Below, piece by piece: positions 61,242-64,000 of a stretch of DNA of 64,000 bases (positions are counted from its first letter, which is position 1; each line of letters begins with the position of its first letter). The translations under genes were made by a program, and so were the position numbers. The notes beneath the pieces are model-generated. The model was not told the origin of the DNA, did not search any database, and was given only the letters and a program-made list of their open reading frames with translations. This DNA comes from Thermoplasmata archaeon (GTDB lineage Archaea > Thermoplasmatota > Thermoplasmata > GCA-020350865), in contig CP070751.1 in assembly GCA_020348445.1 (NCBI GenBank), forward strand, positions 628,321 to 692,320. The letters are read 5' to 3'.

Positions 61242-62306
61242 GTGGATTTGGATACGGCTTTGGTGTTATGTGAAGGCAATTTTGGAAAACACATCGGAAA
61301 AACCGCAAACGGGCTTGTTAGGCACTCCGAGAGATTCGAGATACTTGGGGTAATAGACAGCAACAAAGCCGGAAAAATGGCCCATGATATTGTGGAGGGT
61401 GCGAAAAAGGACATACCGGTATTCAGAAACCTGAGTGATGCTCTATCGAAACTAGAAAAAATCCCTGACAATCTCATAATAGGTGTAGCCACTATAGGAG
61501 GGAGGTTGCCCTCCGAATTCAGACCCGTAATAACTGAGGCCATTGAAAATAAGATCAACGTAATTGCTGGTCTACATGAATATCTGGCAGAGGATCCCGC
61601 ATTTTCGAAATTGGCTACCGAGCATGGAGTTAAATTAATCGATGTGAGAAAAGAGCCGCCTTTAGAAAAAATGCACCGCTTCGCAAATCTTTGCAAGTCC
61701 ATCCCCTCGATAAGAATTCCAGTTTTAGGGACCGACAGCTCCATAGGAAAAAGGACCACTGCCATCGAGCTGACAAAAGCTCTTAATAAGAATGGGATTA
61801 AGACTATTTTTGTAAGCACGGGACAGACCGGTATACTTCAGGGTTTCAAGTATGCTGTACCTATAGATTCGATTCAAGGTGATTATATTGTTGGGGAACT
61901 TGAGAAAGAAATTGTGAGGGCTTATGATGAGGAGAAACCTGAAGTGATAATAATCGAGGGTCAAGGCTCAATTTCACATCCCGCATATGTGTGCGGAACA
62001 CGGGCAATAATAACTGCATCCCAGCCAAATGCATTCATTCTTCAACACGCTCCAAAAAGGAAATATAGAAATTTCAGGAAGGATGAGCTTAAACTCCCTA
62101 TGCCTCATTTAGTGAAGGAAATCGAAATGATACAGATATTTTCCAATGCGCAGGTCATAGGAATCACGATAAACCACGAAAATATGACGGATGAAGGCAT
62201 AGAGGAAACCGCTCACGAATACGAAAAAAGATTCGGGATACCCTGCTGCGATGTTTTCAGACACGGATGTAATAAGCTTGTAGACAAGGTAAAAGAGACT
62301 TTTTGA
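61242..62306 (+). CDS. DUF1611 family protein (DgcN-like)
   Basis: GKTANGLVR, NVIAGLH, VLGTDSSIGKRTT, STGQTG, IEGQGSISHP. Confidence 0.9.
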   Translation: MDLDTALVLCEGNFGKHIGKTANGLVRHSERFEILGVIDSNKAGKMAHDIVEGAKKDIPVFRNLSDALSKLEKIPDNLIIGVATIGGRLPSEFRPVITEAIENKINVIAGLHEYLAEDPAFSKLATEHGVKLIDVRKEPPLEKMHRFANLCKSIPSIRIPVLGTDSSIGKRTTAIELTKALNKNGIKTIFVSTGQTGILQGFKYAVPIDSIQGDYIVGELEKEIVRAYDEEKPEVIIIEGQGSISHPAYVCGTRAIITASQPNAFILQHAPKRKYRNFRKDELKLPMPHLVKEIEMIQIFSNAQVIGITINHENMTDEGIEETAHEYEKRFGIPCCDVFRHGCNKLVDKVKETF

Positions 62307-62512
62307 GACATTTTGAAAAATATTTTTGTTTAATAAAATCATTTTTAGGTGCGTCGAGGGTAAACCTTATTTATGAATTATGCGATAACGTACTTTGCCC
62401 CTGGTCCCAACTAACCCTTCCTCGCATAATATTTCGCGGCTATCTGACCCGAATTTTTCCTTTTCGGGATTGGGGGCACTTTGTTGTACAAGGGAAATCA
62501 AAATCTTTATTT

Positions 62513-63571
62513 TTATTCCTCCGCCTCAATCCCAAATCCTGCTTTTGATAAAGGCACAAGATAACCGTCCTCGAAAATAAATCCACCCTTGGTATCATCA
62601 TCGATTAGGGAGAAATGCGAATCCAAATCTGCATACCTTACATTCTCCTGTGAAAGTGCGAAGTGAAGTCCCGCGGAAATCGAGATCCTATTCTCACTCA
62701 TGCAGCCTATCATGGTATTTAAACCATTTTCCTCTGCAATTTTATTTATCTCAAGTGCCTTTGTAATTCCACCACATTTCATGAGCTTGATGTTGATTTT
62801 GTCCGCACACTTGCCCTGGGCTAATTTAAAAGCGTCCTCTTTTGTTTTCACAGATTCATCGGCGGTTATGGGAATTGGAGAATTGTCCTTTACCTCCTTC
62901 AATCCCGCAAGGTCATCCCATTTCACTGGCTGCTCCACCTGCTCGATGTTGTAAGGTTCGATTTCTTTGAGAATTTCGATTGCTGTATTAACATCATAAC
63001 CTTGGTTGGCGTCCACCCTGATTATCATGTCCTCGCCTACGGCCTCCCTTGTTGCCTTAATCCTTTTTACATCCTCGACCTTATCAAGGCCGATTTTGAT
63101 CTTGAGGGCTTTGAATCCCCGGTTTTTATACTCGACAGCATGGTTTATAGTGGCCTCGAGATCCATGATTCCTATGGTCATGTCTGTGAGCATCTTTTCC
63201 TTCTTCTTACCGAAGATCTCGAAGACTGGCATGCCTTTTATTTTACCATGCAGATCATAAAGGGCAATATCCACTCCCGCTTTTGCAGAAGGATTTCTTT
63301 CTAAAAGCGAGTCCATTTTAGTATTTATTTCTTCAATATCATCTATGTTCTCCCCTTTTAATTCATCAGAAAAAATTTTTAAGGCCATCAATATGGTCTC
63401 AGGGGTTTCCTTTGTCACTGAATTTGGACATGCGTTTCCGATTCCAACTCCATCGTTGGTTATAACCTTTACAATAATATTGTGTGCAATATTGGATGAA
63501 CCTGTTGCAATAATAAAAGGCTCCTTTCTTTCGGACTGAACAGGGAAGAAATCTATCTTCTTGATATTCAT
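62513..63571 (-). CDS. Enolase-superfamily dipeptide epimerase / N-acyl-amino-acid racemase
   Basis: ALKIKIG, RVDANQGY, EQP, TADES, NIKLMKCGG, MIGCM, DLD. Confidence 0.9.
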   Translation of the reverse strand: MNIKKIDFFPVQSERKEPFIIATGSSNIAHNIIVKVITNDGVGIGNACPNSVTKETPETILMALKIFSDELKGENIDDIEEINTKMDSLLERNPSAKAGVDIALYDLHGKIKGMPVFEIFGKKKEKMLTDMTIGIMDLEATINHAVEYKNRGFKALKIKIGLDKVEDVKRIKATREAVGEDMIIRVDANQGYDVNTAIEILKEIEPYNIEQVEQPVKWDDLAGLKEVKDNSPIPITADESVKTKEDAFKLAQGKCADKINIKLMKCGGITKALEINKIAEENGLNTMIGCMSENRISISAGLHFALSQENVRYADLDSHFSLIDDDTKGGFIFEDGYLVPLSKAGFGIEAEE

Positions 63572-63794
63572 CTAAGCAATCATGACATAGAAGCTATTTA
63601 TGGTTGTTGTTTTTTTACCATTCCTACCTATGTACCCTCTCCTCCCCTACCATCAATTCTTCTTAAGGGGATGATAGGACAACCTACTTGATATAAAAAA
63701 ATACAAAAATCACTCGACGAATTTTAGTGCCAGACAACCTGAGGTTTTATAGGAGAGGACTCTAAAAAGAATCCTCTCCCATATCTGATTTCGT

Positions 63795-64000
<206 letters not shown>

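Overview
Archaeal chromosomal window, most likely an uncultured Thermoplasmatota (Thermoplasmata). This is inferred from egsA, the rpoE1-spt4-DUF359-rps24e-rps27ae string, bacterial-type grpE-dnaK-dnaJ, unlinked 5S and 16S rRNA genes and a 16S helix-45 variant. Metabolic genes include korAD, a tungsten AOR operon, benzoyl-CoA pathway had/oah, thiolase/hbd, a Na+-type PPase, MTA/SAH salvage and a DUF1611-epimerase pair, alongside many secreted beta-helix/PKD/Ig-like proteins. No integrase, transposase or CRISPR array was seen. The most unusual signals are non-coding and tRNA-linked. (1) A palindromic cassette family lies directly 3' of tRNA-Ile (two copies plus tandem units) and tRNA-Glu (one copy); each cassette is flanked by copies of its own host tRNA 3' end, and its core is in opposite orientation at the two loci. 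(2) tRNA-Arg(CCG) has three introns and tRNA-Glu(TTC) has two, at D-loop, anticodon-loop and T-loop positions. (3) A five-hairpin array with a potential kissing loop lies directly 5' of tRNA-Glu. All calls are from manual reading; no database searches were run.
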